Positions 37,102 through 48,620 are shown, numbered from the stretch's first letter. The stretch is 64,000 nucleotides of DNA from Octopus bimaculoides (GCF_001194135.2 NC_068987.1:22060656-22124655); one strand, 5' to 3'. Numbers and translations: made by a program. Notes: generated by a model not told the origin, from the letters alone.

Positions 37102-37994
37102 TTGAGCCATCCCATAAAAAATACGTTTTTTTTAATTGCATGAATTAAAAGTCAGAAGGGGGACAGGATAAACGACCTGCATCAACTTGCTATAAAAACA
37201 TGTAGTAATATTACCTTGTCCTTATTCTTAGTGCAAGTTTTGAAGAGTGCAGTTTGATGTTAACAGTTATTTTTTTTTTAGAGCATATTTGGCATATTTT
37301 GCTTTATGAGTTTAATAAAAGCAACAAGTGTGAGGAATATTAATGCAGTATATGCGAACCGGACAATAAGCTTAAGCCTGTGTCAACGGTGGTTCCAGAA
37401 ATTCTGAGCTCGAAACTACAGCCTTGAAGACAAGCCTCATCCTGGAAGATCTGTAGAGCTCGACGAGGACGTCCTGCAAACTCTTGTAGAACACAATCCC
37501 ATCGTAACTGTCATGGAATTAGCAGAGAAGCTTGGGTTTGGTCATTCAATCATTCATTGACACCTGCATGTCATCGGAAAATCACCATCTTTGGTTTCAA
37601 GGCAAAAGGTGTTCTTCCATCAGGATAATGCTCGCCCACATACAGCAAAGATGACATTCCAAAGGCTGGAGCAGTTTGAATTGGAAACGATGCCACACCC
37701 ACCATATTTGCCAGGCATTGCCCCATCTGATTATCATTTATTCCGCAGTTTTCAAAATCATCTGGATGGAAAAAATATGAATTCTGTAGACAAGGTCTGA
37801 ACAGTACTGGAGGAATATCTTTCGTCACGGACAAGTGAATTTTGGAAGAGGGGCCTTGCAAGTCTATCAGATAGATGGAAGAGCATTGTAGAAAATGAAG
37901 GAAAGTATATTTTAGATTAAAAAAGAACTTTGTTTATCTTAATTTTGAAAAATAAACGGTGTAAAAAAACTGCATTATTTATGGGATGACCCAA
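37102..37994 (+). mobile_element. Internally deleted mariner (D,D34D) transposon
   Basis: Imperfect TIRs ttgagccatcccataaaaaatacg / ctgcattatttatgggatgacccaa with TA at 37100-01 and 37995-96; HQDNARPH...PYLPGIAPSDYHLF with 34 residues between the Asp residues; WVPHEL region and first catalytic D missing (junction near 37580). Confidence 0.92.
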
Positions 37995-38374
37995 TATATT
38001 TGGATCGAATTTTCAGTTGTTTGATTGAAACTAAACAAACAGGTCTGGTTCATTGAATTGGTACGTTAGTGGCTGAGTGTTCCACAGACATGTGTTCTAT
38101 CAGCACCTTTTGTTACCATATTTCCGTTGAAATATGCTGCCTTTGCTTAATTAATTTTGAGAATAATGAAGAATTTATTGAAATAACTTTTCTCATTATT
38201 ATTGAACTGAAATTTTGATGATAGATTTTTAGATCACTATAAAACATGAAGATTGTCTCATGGAATCAGGGGAGCTCACAGGCAGGTTGGCATCATTTCA
38301 GTGGCTTGGTAACCTTCTGTTACCATATTTTTGTTGAAATACACTACCTTTGGACAGAATATTGGAGTGTCAGG

Positions 38375-38898
38375 AAAAACGCTCAGCAGCGTTTCTTCGT
38401 ACTCTTTATGTTCTGAGTTCAAATGCCACCAAGGTTGACTTTGCCTTTCATCCTTTCAGGATTAATAAAATATGTATCAGTTGAAGGGAATGTGGGGAAT
38501 ATAATTGACTTCCCTAATAATTATCAGCCTTGTGCTAACATTTAAAACCGTTAATTATGGAGAATATCTCACCTATTCAGAAGGACAGGTGAAACTATTG
38601 ATAAATTTCTCACCAACAGATTTAACACTTGATGTTGAATTATCTAATTATTGCTAATAATTTGTAAATGTAAGGCAGTGAGGTGGCAGAATTGTTACCA
38701 TGTTGGAAAAAGTGCTTAGTGGCATTTTATTACGATTTTATGTTCTGTGTTCAAATTCCACCAAGATCGATTTTTGCCTTTCATCCTTTTGGGATTGATA
38801 AAATAAGTGCTAGTTAAATGCTGGAGATGATGTAATAATTGATTTACTCCCTCCCCCTGAAATTGCTGACCTTGTGCCAAAATTTGAAATCAATAATT
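38375..38898 (+). mobile_element. Two adjacent SINE E copies (38375-38552, 38672-38898)
   Basis: Each has gagttcaaat...actttgcctttcatccttt; a further fragment lies at about 38995-39045. Confidence 0.75.
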
Positions 38899-39373
38899 CA
38901 TAAATGTGATAGCACGAGTCGAATGTAAGAAAGGTGCTATATTTGTAGAGTCATCAAAGAATGCCTTCCAACATTTGCTTTGATTTTCTGTTTCCTGACT
39001 CAACTTTGCCTTTTATCTTTTTGGAGGTCAGTGGTAAAAGGCACCAATCTCAGGTGACAGAAACTGGTGGAACTGTTTAGAAGGTTGGGAGAGATGCCTC
39101 GAAGTATCTGTTTTGGATTTTGTATTCTAATAGCAATACTTGTGGTGATACTAGCACCAAGATGTACCAATCCCCAAATCACAGACTTTCTTTTGGTGAA
39201 ACATCAGTAGCATGGAGAGGAGTGAAAGACTTGTATGCTTGGGTAACTAGTCTCCCCCCCCCCTACAAAAAAAATCTGGTCCAAATTCACACATCTACAG
39301 ATGCATGGCCAACATTGACCAGCAGCAGCCACATTAATGTAGTAGTAGAAGTAATGTAAGCTACTTACACTAT

Positions 39374-39610
39374 AAGGTGGTGAGCTGGCAGAAACATTAG
39401 CATGCTGGGCAAAATGCTTAGCGGTATTTCATCTGCTGTTACGTTCTGAGTTCAAATTCCGCCAAGGTCGACTTTGCCTTTCATCCTTTCGGGGTCAATA
39501 AATTAAGTACCAGTTACGTACTGGGGTCAATGTAATCAACTTAATCCCTTTGCCTGTCCTTGTTTGTCCCCTCTATGTTTAGCCCCTTGTAGGCAATAAA
39601 GAAATAAGAA
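39374..39610 (+). mobile_element. Full-length SINE family E
   Basis: aaggtggtgagctggcagaa...gagttcaaattccgccaaggtcgactttgcctttcatcctttcggggtc...aaagaaataagaa. Confidence 0.92.
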
Positions 39611-39689
39611 GCAGTGTAAGCCACTTGTTAAAACCCTTCTAGATGGAGGAGCACTTTGAAGTGTTTGATCAACAGATGGACCCCCAGTA

Positions 39690-39955
39690 CTTATTTTTTT
39701 TAAAGACTGGTACTTACTCTATCAGTCTCTTTTGCTGAACCACTAAGTTATGAGGACGTAAACAAAGTGATACCAGCTGTCAAGCAGTGGTAGGACACAC
39801 ACACACACACACACACGACAGACTTCTTTCAGTTTCTGTCTACCAAATCCACTTACAAAGTTTTAGTTGGTCTGGGGCTAAAGTAGAAAATGCTTGTTAA
39901 GTGTGCTGTAGAGTAGGACTGAATCCAAGTCCATACAGCCGTGCCTGCACCTATG
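39690..39955 (-). mobile_element. SINE family B
   Basis: tggtacttactctatc...(CA)n...ttctttcagtttctg. Confidence 0.7.
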
Positions 39956-40199
39956 ATGTCCAGTAAAAGTAGAGGTGTGGTGTTGTATGATGTCCAAGAT
40001 TGAGGTATGGTACTATTTGACAGTAAACGTAGACGTGTGTTATTCTATAGCTGTGAGAATACAGGTGCGATGCTATATAATGGTGAAACACATACAGAGA
40101 ATTCTGGTGAGGAAAAGCTATAATAAAACCAGGACATTATACAAGAAGAGAAACATAAGACAGTGATTGCAGGTGTTCTGTGATGACAGTAAAATCGGA

Positions 40200-40385
40200 T
40201 GAGACAGAAGGTAGAGATGTGTGATTAACATTTTATGCGTTAATAAAATCTTTGCAGTGAATGCAGAAGGCATGGATTGACTGAAGATGAAAGAATGGCA
40301 AACATGTTATGTGTGTATAAGAAGCATATTGTTACACTGTCTAACTGTGAAATATGGGCAGTAAAAGCGTTGCTGGTGGATGATT
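40200..40385 (+). pseudogene. Highly decayed RTE ORF2 remnant
   Basis: 40313-40366 reads VYKKHIVTLSNCEIWAVK, resembling the post-RT LY-A-V---LLYG-ETW motif. Confidence 0.4.
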
Positions 40386-40517
40386 AAGTGTGTAAGCACA
40401 CACTATTCATACCAATTTCAAAGACATCTACAGCACTTTAGCAGTTCTGTAATTCAGTCCATTTTTGTGGATATTTTTCCGGTGCTATGTTCTCAATTTA
40501 CAAGACTGTTCAAGATG

Positions 40518-40862
40518 CAAGTATAGCTGAGTGGTTAAGAAGCTTGCTCCCCAACTGCACAGTTCCAGGTTCAGGTCCTACTATGTAGTACCTTGGACTA
40601 GTGTTTTCTACTATAACCCCAGCCAACCAAAGCCTTGTGAGTAGATTTGCTAGAGAGAAACTGAAAGAAGCCCATCGTGTGTGTGTTGCCATTATGTTGT
40701 TGTAAATGAGTATCACTATCATACAAGCGGTGTTGTTTGTTTCCAGCCTTCAACGAAAACATGTCTGGCCATGGAAGCAGGTAAGGGTTGGTGACAGGAA
40801 GGGCACCCAGTCTTAGAAAGTCTGCCTCAACATGCAAGTATGGAAAATCAAGATGAACATCA
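40518..40862 (+). mobile_element. SINE family H
   Basis: B-type head and body, then gtaagggttggtgacaggaagggc RTE tail. Confidence 0.8.
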
Positions 40863-41139
40863 AAATAGTGGTGGTGGTGGTGGAAGCATTATTGTTGTAG
40901 CACTTAATTAAATTTAACTTTTCTCTGCTAATTTTTGTTGTTGCTGTTTTACTTGCTGAATCTGGAGCAAGGGACAGTGCCCAAGACCTTTGCAGGCCCT
41001 TTGAGATCAGTGACTTTGATGGTACTGATGTTCCTCTTAAACTGTTACAGGTCAACACCTGCTTGGAGAAGATCCCAGATGGATGATGATGGTGTGTGAA
41101 GAAAGGATGTGGCATTGGGGGTTGATGGATGCAGCAAGG

Positions 41140-41550
41140 GCTAAGCTTAAGTTACCTTCTGGAGTCATACTGACTCATAAAGGCCAGTTTCCGGTAAATT
41201 TTCAGATTAACACCCGCACGATCTTCACTAGGGTGTTAGGGTTAGGGTTAGGGACATAATTCCCTAACCCTAACCCTGACCCTTAAACTCTAATCCTAAC
41301 ACCCTAGTGAAAATCGTGCGGGTGTTAATCTGAAAATTTACCCAGTTTCCTGGTTTTCATGGCATATAAACTCCCCACCTGGATGGGACGCTGGTCCATT
41401 GCAGGATTACTCATTTTTATCAGCTGAGTGAACTGGAGCAGTGTGAAATGAAGTATTTTGCTCAAGAACACAATGTGTCACCATGTGTCCAGGAATCAAA
41501 ACCACAATCTTACAATCATGAGCCTAACACCCTAGCCACTAAGCCACACA
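41140..41550 (-). mobile_element. tRNA-headed SINE hosting the telomeric MITE
   Basis: Reverse complement cttagtggctagggtgttaggctc...gttcttgagcaaaatacttcatt...ctccagttcactcagctg; 3' end continues across the MITE. Confidence 0.7.
41193..41342. mobile_element. 150-bp palindromic MITE with internal TTAGGG/CCCTAA repeats (Merlin-like ends)
   Basis: 48-bp TIRs (41193-41240, 41295-41342; 47/48 identical) beginning GGTAAA; TSD cagtttcc at 41185-41192 and 41343-41350. Confidence 0.93.
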
Positions 41551-41657
41551 TCTCTGCATGCAGCAAGGGTGATGAGACATGGAGAGACAAGTAGGACAGA
41601 GGTGTCTGAGTGATGGAGGTGTAGGATCAACCAGCTCTGGGGAACAGAGGCCATTAA

Positions 41658-42033
41658 CCTTTTAGCATTTAAACCAACCATATCTGGCCTAAATATTCTA
41701 CTTGTTTAACCCTTTAGCATTCAGTTCAGCTGTAGAACAGAGTACCACTAGTGCAGGTGCATCGCTTAGTCGTTAAGGTGTTGGATTCACAACCGTAAGA
41801 TTATGGTTTCGATCCCTAGATCAGGTGATCTGTTGTGTTCTTGGGCAAAACACTTCATTTCGTGTTACTCCAGTCCACTTAGCTGTAGAAAGGAGTTAAT
41901 CCTGGAAAGGGATGGGCTCTGCCAAGCTTTCTTGCCCTGGATACACTGCATGACTGCAGCGCCCCAACAACCCCCAAGGGGTTAAGGGAACTTGTCAATT
42001 GTCAACATTTAATAGAATGTAAATGCTAAAGGG
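41658..42033. mobile_element. Nested piggyBac-like MITE ends with inserted SINE
   Basis: TTAA+ccttttagcatt (41658), TTAA+ccctttagcatt (41710), aatgctaaaggg+TTAA (ends 42033); tRNA-headed SINE at about 41755-41990. Confidence 0.75.
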
Positions 42034-42135
42034 TTAAAGTAGTGATAGAAAAGACATAGGATACAGGACATTAGTGGACCAGAGGCTATAGTATGTCCAC
42101 TCATGATTGAAAGGCATCCATTTGTGTGGCCTTAC

Positions 42136-42159
42136 TGGGTACAGTCCAGAAACGTGTCT
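42136..42159 (-). CDS. Candidate 24-nt micro-exon of minus-strand gene (RHVSGLYP)
   Basis: Acceptor gcatttgtatttcattag; donor cca|gtaagg; phase 0-0, compatible with both neighbours. Confidence 0.3.
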
Positions 42160-42580
42160 CTAATGAAATACAAATGCCTGTATGTTTAATTAATTTTCAC
42201 AATAATCAATAAATTTCTCTTTTGGTGTGTGTGTGTGAGTGGCAGGGTAGAATTTTGTAAAATAATTAATAACTTTGTCATTATTTAATTTAGTGTTTGG
42301 AATATATTTACATAAAAATTATGATTGAATGTTTTAATTTAATTCAAATATGAATGCTGAAATAAAAACAAACAAAATTTTTATGTAATGGCACCAAGGG
42401 TAGTCAAAGTTTGGTTGTCACCGATAATGTTACAAGTGTCATCACCATCATTTGATATCTGTTTTCTATACTGGCATGGGTTGTATGTGGTTGAAAAAAA
42501 TGTGTATATATGTGTGTGTGGTTTATGCAAAACATTAGGCGTGGGTGGGTGGGTGCTGAAAACAGAACAAATGTAGATTG

Positions 42581-42985
42581 TTTGCTTCCCACCAATAACA
42601 TGGTCCCAGATTCTGTCCCTGTTTGTGGAATCTTGGGCAAGTGTTTTCTGCTTTAACTCCAGGCCAACCAAAACCTTGGGGCTGGATTTGGTAGATGGAA
42701 ACTGAAAGAAGCACATGGTATGTGTGTATGTGTGTCTTGACATCATGTGATAGTTGTAAATAATGTCACTTTCATACAAGTAGTATCATTAATTTTCAAT
42801 ATTCTGCAAAAAACATGTGTAGCTTTGGGGTAATATTACCTTGCTTGGAAACAAGGTGTGGGCTAGTAACTGGAAGGGCATCCTGCTGTAGTAGTTAATC
42901 TGCTTCAACAGATTTCATCTGACCAGTGTAAGCATGGAAAAGTGGATGTTATAATAATAATAATGATGATGACGACAATGATGAT
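42581..42985 (+). mobile_element. SINE family H, near full length
   Basis: B head/body, cttgacatcatgtgatagttgtaaa, aatattaccttgcttggaaac, catggaaaagtggatg, (GAT)n. Confidence 0.8.
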
Positions 42986-43046
42986 GTATTAGCAGTATAT
43001 GTTTACATATGTATAAGTTAATATCTACATGTTTTTAGTTGATTCC

Positions 43047-43060
43047 GTTTCCATGGTAAC
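43047..43060. promoter_or_regulatory. Perfect 14-bp RFX X-box
   Basis: GTTTCCATGGTAAC matches GTTNCCATGGNAAC; lies in unique sequence between two SINEs. Confidence 0.5.
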
Positions 43061-43137
43061 AGTGTGGATGTCTCCCATAAACAAAACATCTGGCAACTGT
43101 TTGATATGTCAAGACATGAAATAAAATTCCCATATCT

Positions 43138-43490
43138 TTTATCTTTTACTTCCTTCAGGCATTAGACTGTGGCCATGATGGGGCACTACCTTGAAGAATC
43201 TTTAGTTGAATGAATCGACCCGAGTACAGTTTTTTTTTTTAAGCCTGTGACTTATTCTATTTGTTTTCTTTTGCTGAACCGTTAAGTTATGGAGACATAA
43301 AGACACCAACATTGATTGTCAAGCGGTGGTGGGGGACACACACACACACAATAGGCTTCTTTCAGTTTCAGTCTCCCAAATTTAGTCATAGCTTTGGTTG
43401 ACTCGAGGCTATAATAGAAAACACTTCCCCAAGGTGCCATGCATTGGGACTGAACCCTGAATCATGTGGTTAGGAAGCAAGTTTCTTACC
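43138..43490 (-). mobile_element. SINE family B
   Basis: cttttacttcc...ccatgatggggcac...ggcttctttcagtttc...gggactgaaccc. Confidence 0.8.
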
Positions 43491-44250
43491 TCACAGATTT
43501 AGTTGGAAAAAAATAAAGAAATAACAAGTCAGGGTTGGCATCAGAGAGAGCATCCCTCTGTTGAATACTGTTTCAAAATGTTTCAGCCAACCCTTGGTAG
43601 CCTAGGGGTGGGTGGATAGGAAATAACATCGCTGATGATGATAATGATGAGGAGAAGGAGGAGGAGGTGGATGATAAGGGTGATATGTTGGTGGTGGCTA
43701 TCATCATTGGCAATCATAATGGCAATGATGATTATGATGATGGTGAAGATGATGATTATAAAGAGAATGATAATGATGTTGATGGTGATGAAGGCAGCAA
43801 TGATATGCAATGTATGAACAAATATATTAATAATTCTCATTAATATCCTTTCCTGCAGACATTATCCAGTATCGTATCTCTGTAGCAATATCATCAACAA
43901 ACTTTCAGCCTTCTCCCATTATAAATTTATGTTGTGACTTTGAGAGAGGCCTGTAAGTGGTCAGTGGACATGCTAGACAAGATAGACAAACTTCCCTCAC
44001 AAATCACACGTTGCTCTCTTAAACATGCAGCATTGATTAACAATGTTGTCTGAGATGGATTGTCATGGCTGGAAAAACCTTTGAATATAAGTTTGTTTAA
44101 TTATATCAGACTGTGGGCTAAACAACTTCAATGTGTGTATGTATGTATGTATATACATATATGTATATATATATGTTTGCGTGTATATGTATATATGTTT
44201 GTGTGTATGTTTATGTGTGTATGTATATATATATATATTTATTTATTTGA

Positions 44251-44401
44251 GTGGCTGTGTGGTAAGTAGCTTGCTTACCAACCATATGGTTCTGGGTTCA
44301 GTCCCACTGCGTGACACCTTGGGCAAGTGTCTTCTACTATACCCTCAGGCTGACCAAAGCCTTGTGAGTGGATTTGGTAGACGGAAACTGAAAGAAGCTC
44401 G

Positions 44402-44432
<31 letters not shown>
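44251..44432 (+). mobile_element. SINE B 5' half running into a gap at its internal (TA)n
   Basis: gtggctgtgtggtaagtagcttgc...gaaactgaaagaagctcgtc(ta)n then N. Confidence 0.85.
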
Positions 44433-45329
44433 NNNNNNNNNNNNNNNNNNNNNNNNNNNNNNNNNNNNNNNNNNNNNNNNNNNNNNNNNNNNNNNNNNNN
44501 NNNNNNNNNNNNNNNNNNNNNNNNNNNNNNNNNNNNNNNNNNNNNNNNNNNNNNNNNNNNNNNNNNNNNNNNNNNNNNNNNNNNNNNNNNNNNNNNNNNN
44601 NNNNNNNNNNNNNNNNNNNNNNNNNNNNNNNNNNNNNNNNNNNNNNNNNNNNNNNNNNNNNNNNNNNNNNNNNNNNNNNNNNNNNNNNNNNNNNNNNNNN
44701 NNNNNNNNNNNNNNNNNNNNNNNNNNNNNNNNNNNNNNNNNNNNNNNNTATGCATGTGTGTGTGCTCCACTTCTGTATGTGTAGTGTGTTAGTACTTTTT
44801 TTTTTATCTATAGTGAATGTAATCATGTGTGTATGTTTATATGTGTATATATGTATATGTATGTGACTACATGCCTATATATGTGTTTATATCTGCATTT
44901 GTATCAATGTAAATGCACACACATGCATATATACATGCACACACACGCACACACTTGCATACATGTCTGTATTTGCATGTGTGTATGTGAAGCATGTATA
45001 TATATGTGTGTGTGTATGTGGTGTGTGTGTCCTTACGTATGAAGCTGCTAATTAGTTGTGATTAATGTGGTATTAATAATTTCCACTTAACATTCCCTTC
45101 TCCCATGAGATATCCCATGCTGTATCTTATTGAGATAACCCCATTATCACACACCAATCCATTTCTGAACAGGACCCTCCTCCCTCCCTCCCTCACATAC
45201 TGCAAACAATCATACATGTCCACACATACGCATACACATATACATGCTATCTCTTTCACACACATACACACACACTTTATTTTATTTGTGTAAATTTTCT
45301 CCTCTCTAATCAATGATTTTCATGATTAT

Positions 45330-45375
45330 TGGGGGTTTGTGATGACAATGATGGTAGTGGTGGTGGTGGTGGTTG

Positions 45376-45413
<38 letters not shown>

Positions 45414-45960
45414 TGTGTGGTGATCATGATGGCTGTGATAATGATATCAATGGTTGTGGTGGATGTAGTATTGGTAGTGGTGGTTGTAGTAATAATGATG
45501 GCAGCAGTGGTGGTTGTGCTGGTGGTGAAAGTAAAGGCAACATTTGTTGCAGTAGTTGTGGTTGTTGTAGCAGTGGTTGTAGTAATGGTAGTGATGGTTG
45601 TATTGGTGGTGTAAATGGTCTTGGAGGTTGTAGTATTGGTGGTAGTTACAATGATGATAGTAATGATTGTGCTAGCAGTAAGAATAGTTTTGACAGTAGT
45701 AGTGGTGGTGGTGGGGGAGGGACATTGTAATGAATGACAATGACAGCAGTGGTGGTGGTGGTTGTGGTGGTTGTGGTGGTGGTAGTAGTGGTGATGATGG
45801 TGATGAAGGCAGTGGTAGTGGTGGTCACAATGATGGATGGAGGTTGTAGTGGCTGTGGAAGTGGTGGCAGTTGTGATGGTAGCAATGATGATGATGATGA
45901 TGATGATGATGATAAGCATTGCTGGTGGTCATGGCTGTGATGACAGAGGGCAGCCATGAC
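45330..45960. repeat. Mosaic GAT/GGT/GTA trinucleotide field
   Basis: Gives poly-D/V/M/T ORFs in several frames. Confidence 0.9.
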
Positions 45961-46504
45961 AGTTGTGGCAGCAAAGGAGACTTTTGAAGTAAATCAAAAT
46001 GAAATGGAACAGGTTAAGGAGCTTCCCCGCCCTTTCTCCTTCTCTCTACTCCCCTCCTCCTCCTCCTACTTCTTCTTTTCCTCCTCCTCCTCCTCTTTCC
46101 TCCTATCTCAAACTGAAAGAAAAAAAACAACAAAACAAAAACAAAACAGTTTAAGTCTTCCCAGAATTCCTTTCAATAGTCAGGTGAAAAAGTAAAATAA
46201 AAGAAAAAAAGAGAAAGAAAAGAAAAATACTTGACTTTGTCTCTTTAAGGCAACGAATGGCGTCACAGTGTCTGAAGCACATATATACAATTATTTGGCC
46301 TCTTGGCAGGACCAATTTGTGATGTGTTTGCCACAAAAGATCTACAATTGGTTTGAGAAATACATCAAGAATTTCGTTTCTTACATCAAAATGGATTTAG
46401 TGTAGTATGTCTTGGAAAACTTAGATGAAAACATTAAAGAATTTTTGAATTCATGGGGGGTGGGGCATTTCAAGAGAGGTGCAGTTGTGGCTCTATAGGC
46501 ACAG

Positions 46505-46662
46505 ACATGGCAGTGTGGTAAGAAGTTTGCTTCTCAACCACATGGTCTCATGTTTAGTCCAACTACATGGTACCTTGGGCAAGTGTCTTCTATGATAACC
46601 CCAGACTGACCAAAGCCTTGTGAGTGGATATGGAAGACAAAAACTAAAAGAAGCCCGTCATG
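46505..46662 (+). mobile_element. SINE B/H 5' half
   Basis: atggcagtgtggtaagaagtttgc...aaagaagcccgtc. Confidence 0.75.
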
Positions 46663-46687
46663 TACATACATATATATATATATATAT

Positions 46688-47036
46688 AGCACCACTTGAG
46701 CATGATTGTTACCAGCGTTGCCTTACTGGCACTTCTGCTGGTGGCATGTGAAAAAAACATTCGAGCGAGGTCGTTGCCAGTGCCGTTGAACTGGCTCCTG
46801 TGCAGGTGGCACGTAAAAGACACCATTAGGAGCGTGGCCATTGCCAGTACCGCCTGACTGGCCCTCGTGCCGGTGGCACGTAAAAGCACCCACTACACTC
46901 TCTGAGTGGTTGGCGTTAGGAAGGGCATCCAGCTGTAGAAACTCTGCCAGATCAGATTGGAGTCTGGTGTAGCCATCTGGCTTGCCAGTCCTCAGTCAAA
47001 TCGGCCGACCCATGCTAGCATGGATGATGATGATGA
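46688..47036 (+). mobile_element. Family G element with about 65-bp subrepeats and RTE tail
   Basis: Three ccagt...actgg...gtggcacgtaaaa units, then the RTE 3' module; minus-strand copy at 48293-48620. Confidence 0.85.
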
Positions 47037-47751
47037 TGGTATATATATTTGTATATATATATATCATCATGTTGACCTGTTAATCCCTACAGATCTTTTT
47101 TCTCTCTCTGTTTTTATTTCATTCTCACTCCTTTCTGTCGAAACACATAAACTCAAAACTTAGAAGGCTTTTCCATTCTTCCTAAGGGTCAAACTAATGC
47201 ACCTGCTTGTTGTTCCCTCACCTATCTTCATCTTGTTTTCTGTAAATTGGAACTATATGTATATATGCGCTCGTGTGCACACACATACACACACATTTGT
47301 ATATATCAATGTATGTGCATCATTGTGTTTCTGTTCGCTCCACCGACACACTGCTTGACAGCCAGATGTTGGTTTATTTATTTATTTATGTCCTTAAACT
47401 TAGTGGTTCTGCAAAAGAAACTGATTGAACCAGTACTTTAAAAAATAAAAAGTACTGGTGCTGATTTGTTTGACTAAAAAAAACCCTTTTCAGGGTGGTG
47501 CCCCAGCATGACCTGCAGTTCAATGACTGAAGTAAGTAAAAAATAAAAGACAATAAATAAATGCTATGTGAAAATGCTATATCAATATTCTACAGATCGT
47601 AGTGTTACTCTTGTCTAGAATTAGCCCATGGCTATCTTTATTGGTAGCTATTGGAGGCATGTATTAAGAGATATGGCTATGTGTTAGTTCTATGTGCCTA
47701 TTACAAAAGTAATGGAGACGGTTTTTTTAAACAACTATATAGGCACCGGTG

Positions 47752-48125
47752 GGGCTGTGTGGTTAAGAAGCTTGCTTACCAACCGAATGGTTTTGGGTTC
47801 AGTCCCTCTGTACAACACCTTGGGATAGTGTCTTCTACTGTAGCCTCGGGTCAACCAAAGCCTTGTGAGTAGATTTGATAGATAGAAACTGAAAGAAGCC
47901 TGTCATCTATATATGTTTGTGTTTATGTCTGTGTTTGTCTCCAACTATCACTTGACAACTGGTGTTGGTGTGTTCATGACCCCATAATTTAACGGTTCAG
48001 CAAAAAGGGATTGATAGAATAAGTACTAGGCTTTAAAAACAAAAAATCAAAGTGCTGGTGTCGATTTGTTTGACTAAAATCTCCAGCATGGCCACAGTCA
48101 AATGACTGAAAGAAGTAAAAGATAA
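47752..48125 (+). mobile_element. SINE family B
   Basis: Complete head to aaaagataa tail; another 3' part at about 47300-47555. Confidence 0.85.
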
Positions 48126-48292
48126 TAATAATAATAATAATAATAATGGTAATTTATAATAATAACAATAATCTCGTTTATTGGCTTATGAGGGTCCAAG
48201 ACATGGAAGATAATATCAAGGGAAGAAACACAACATACAAAACAGGTGGGATTTCATTGATGAAGGGGAGACGACAACATTAAAGGATATAT

Positions 48293-48620
48293 ATCATCAT
48301 TGTCGTTTAACGTCCGCTTTCCATGCTAGCATGGGTTGGACGATTTGACTGAGGACTGGTGAAACCAGATGGCTGCACCAAGCTCCAATCTGATTTGGCA
48401 GAGTTTCTACAGCTGGATGCCCTTCCTAATGCCAACCACTCAGAGAGTGTAGTGAGTGCTTTTACGTGTCACCCGCACAAAGGCCAGTCAGGCGGTACTG
48501 GCAATGGCCATGCTCAAATGGTGTATTTTATGTGCCACCCGCACAAGAGCCAGTCCAGGGGCACTGGCAACGATCTCGCTCGAAAATCCTACGAAGGCCA
48601 GTCAGGCGGTACTGGCAACA
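48293..48620 (-). mobile_element. Family G element
   Basis: catcatcg...tttaacgtccgctttccatgctagc...aggccagtcaggcggtactggcaa occurs twice. Confidence 0.85.

Noticed and set aside
41236-41294. True chromosome-fusion scar
   Set aside because: The telomeric repeats are enclosed by TIRs and a TSD, so transposition explains them.
43859-43952. Plus-strand exon candidate (ctgcag ... cct|gtaagt)
   Set aside because: Phase-incompatible with the 60126 exon; the opposite strand reads KFVDD, suggesting an RT remnant.
45326-45957. Poly-His/Thr/Asp/Gly ORFs (also 35194-35503, 43583-43840)
   Set aside because: Trinucleotide mosaics open in several frames on both strands, with no splice or codon evidence.
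46020-46150. Strong minus-strand acceptor at 46113 and CCCCGCCC GC-box
   Set aside because: Downstream sequence is GGA/AGA simple repeat giving poly-Arg and a stop; T-rich tracts are common here.
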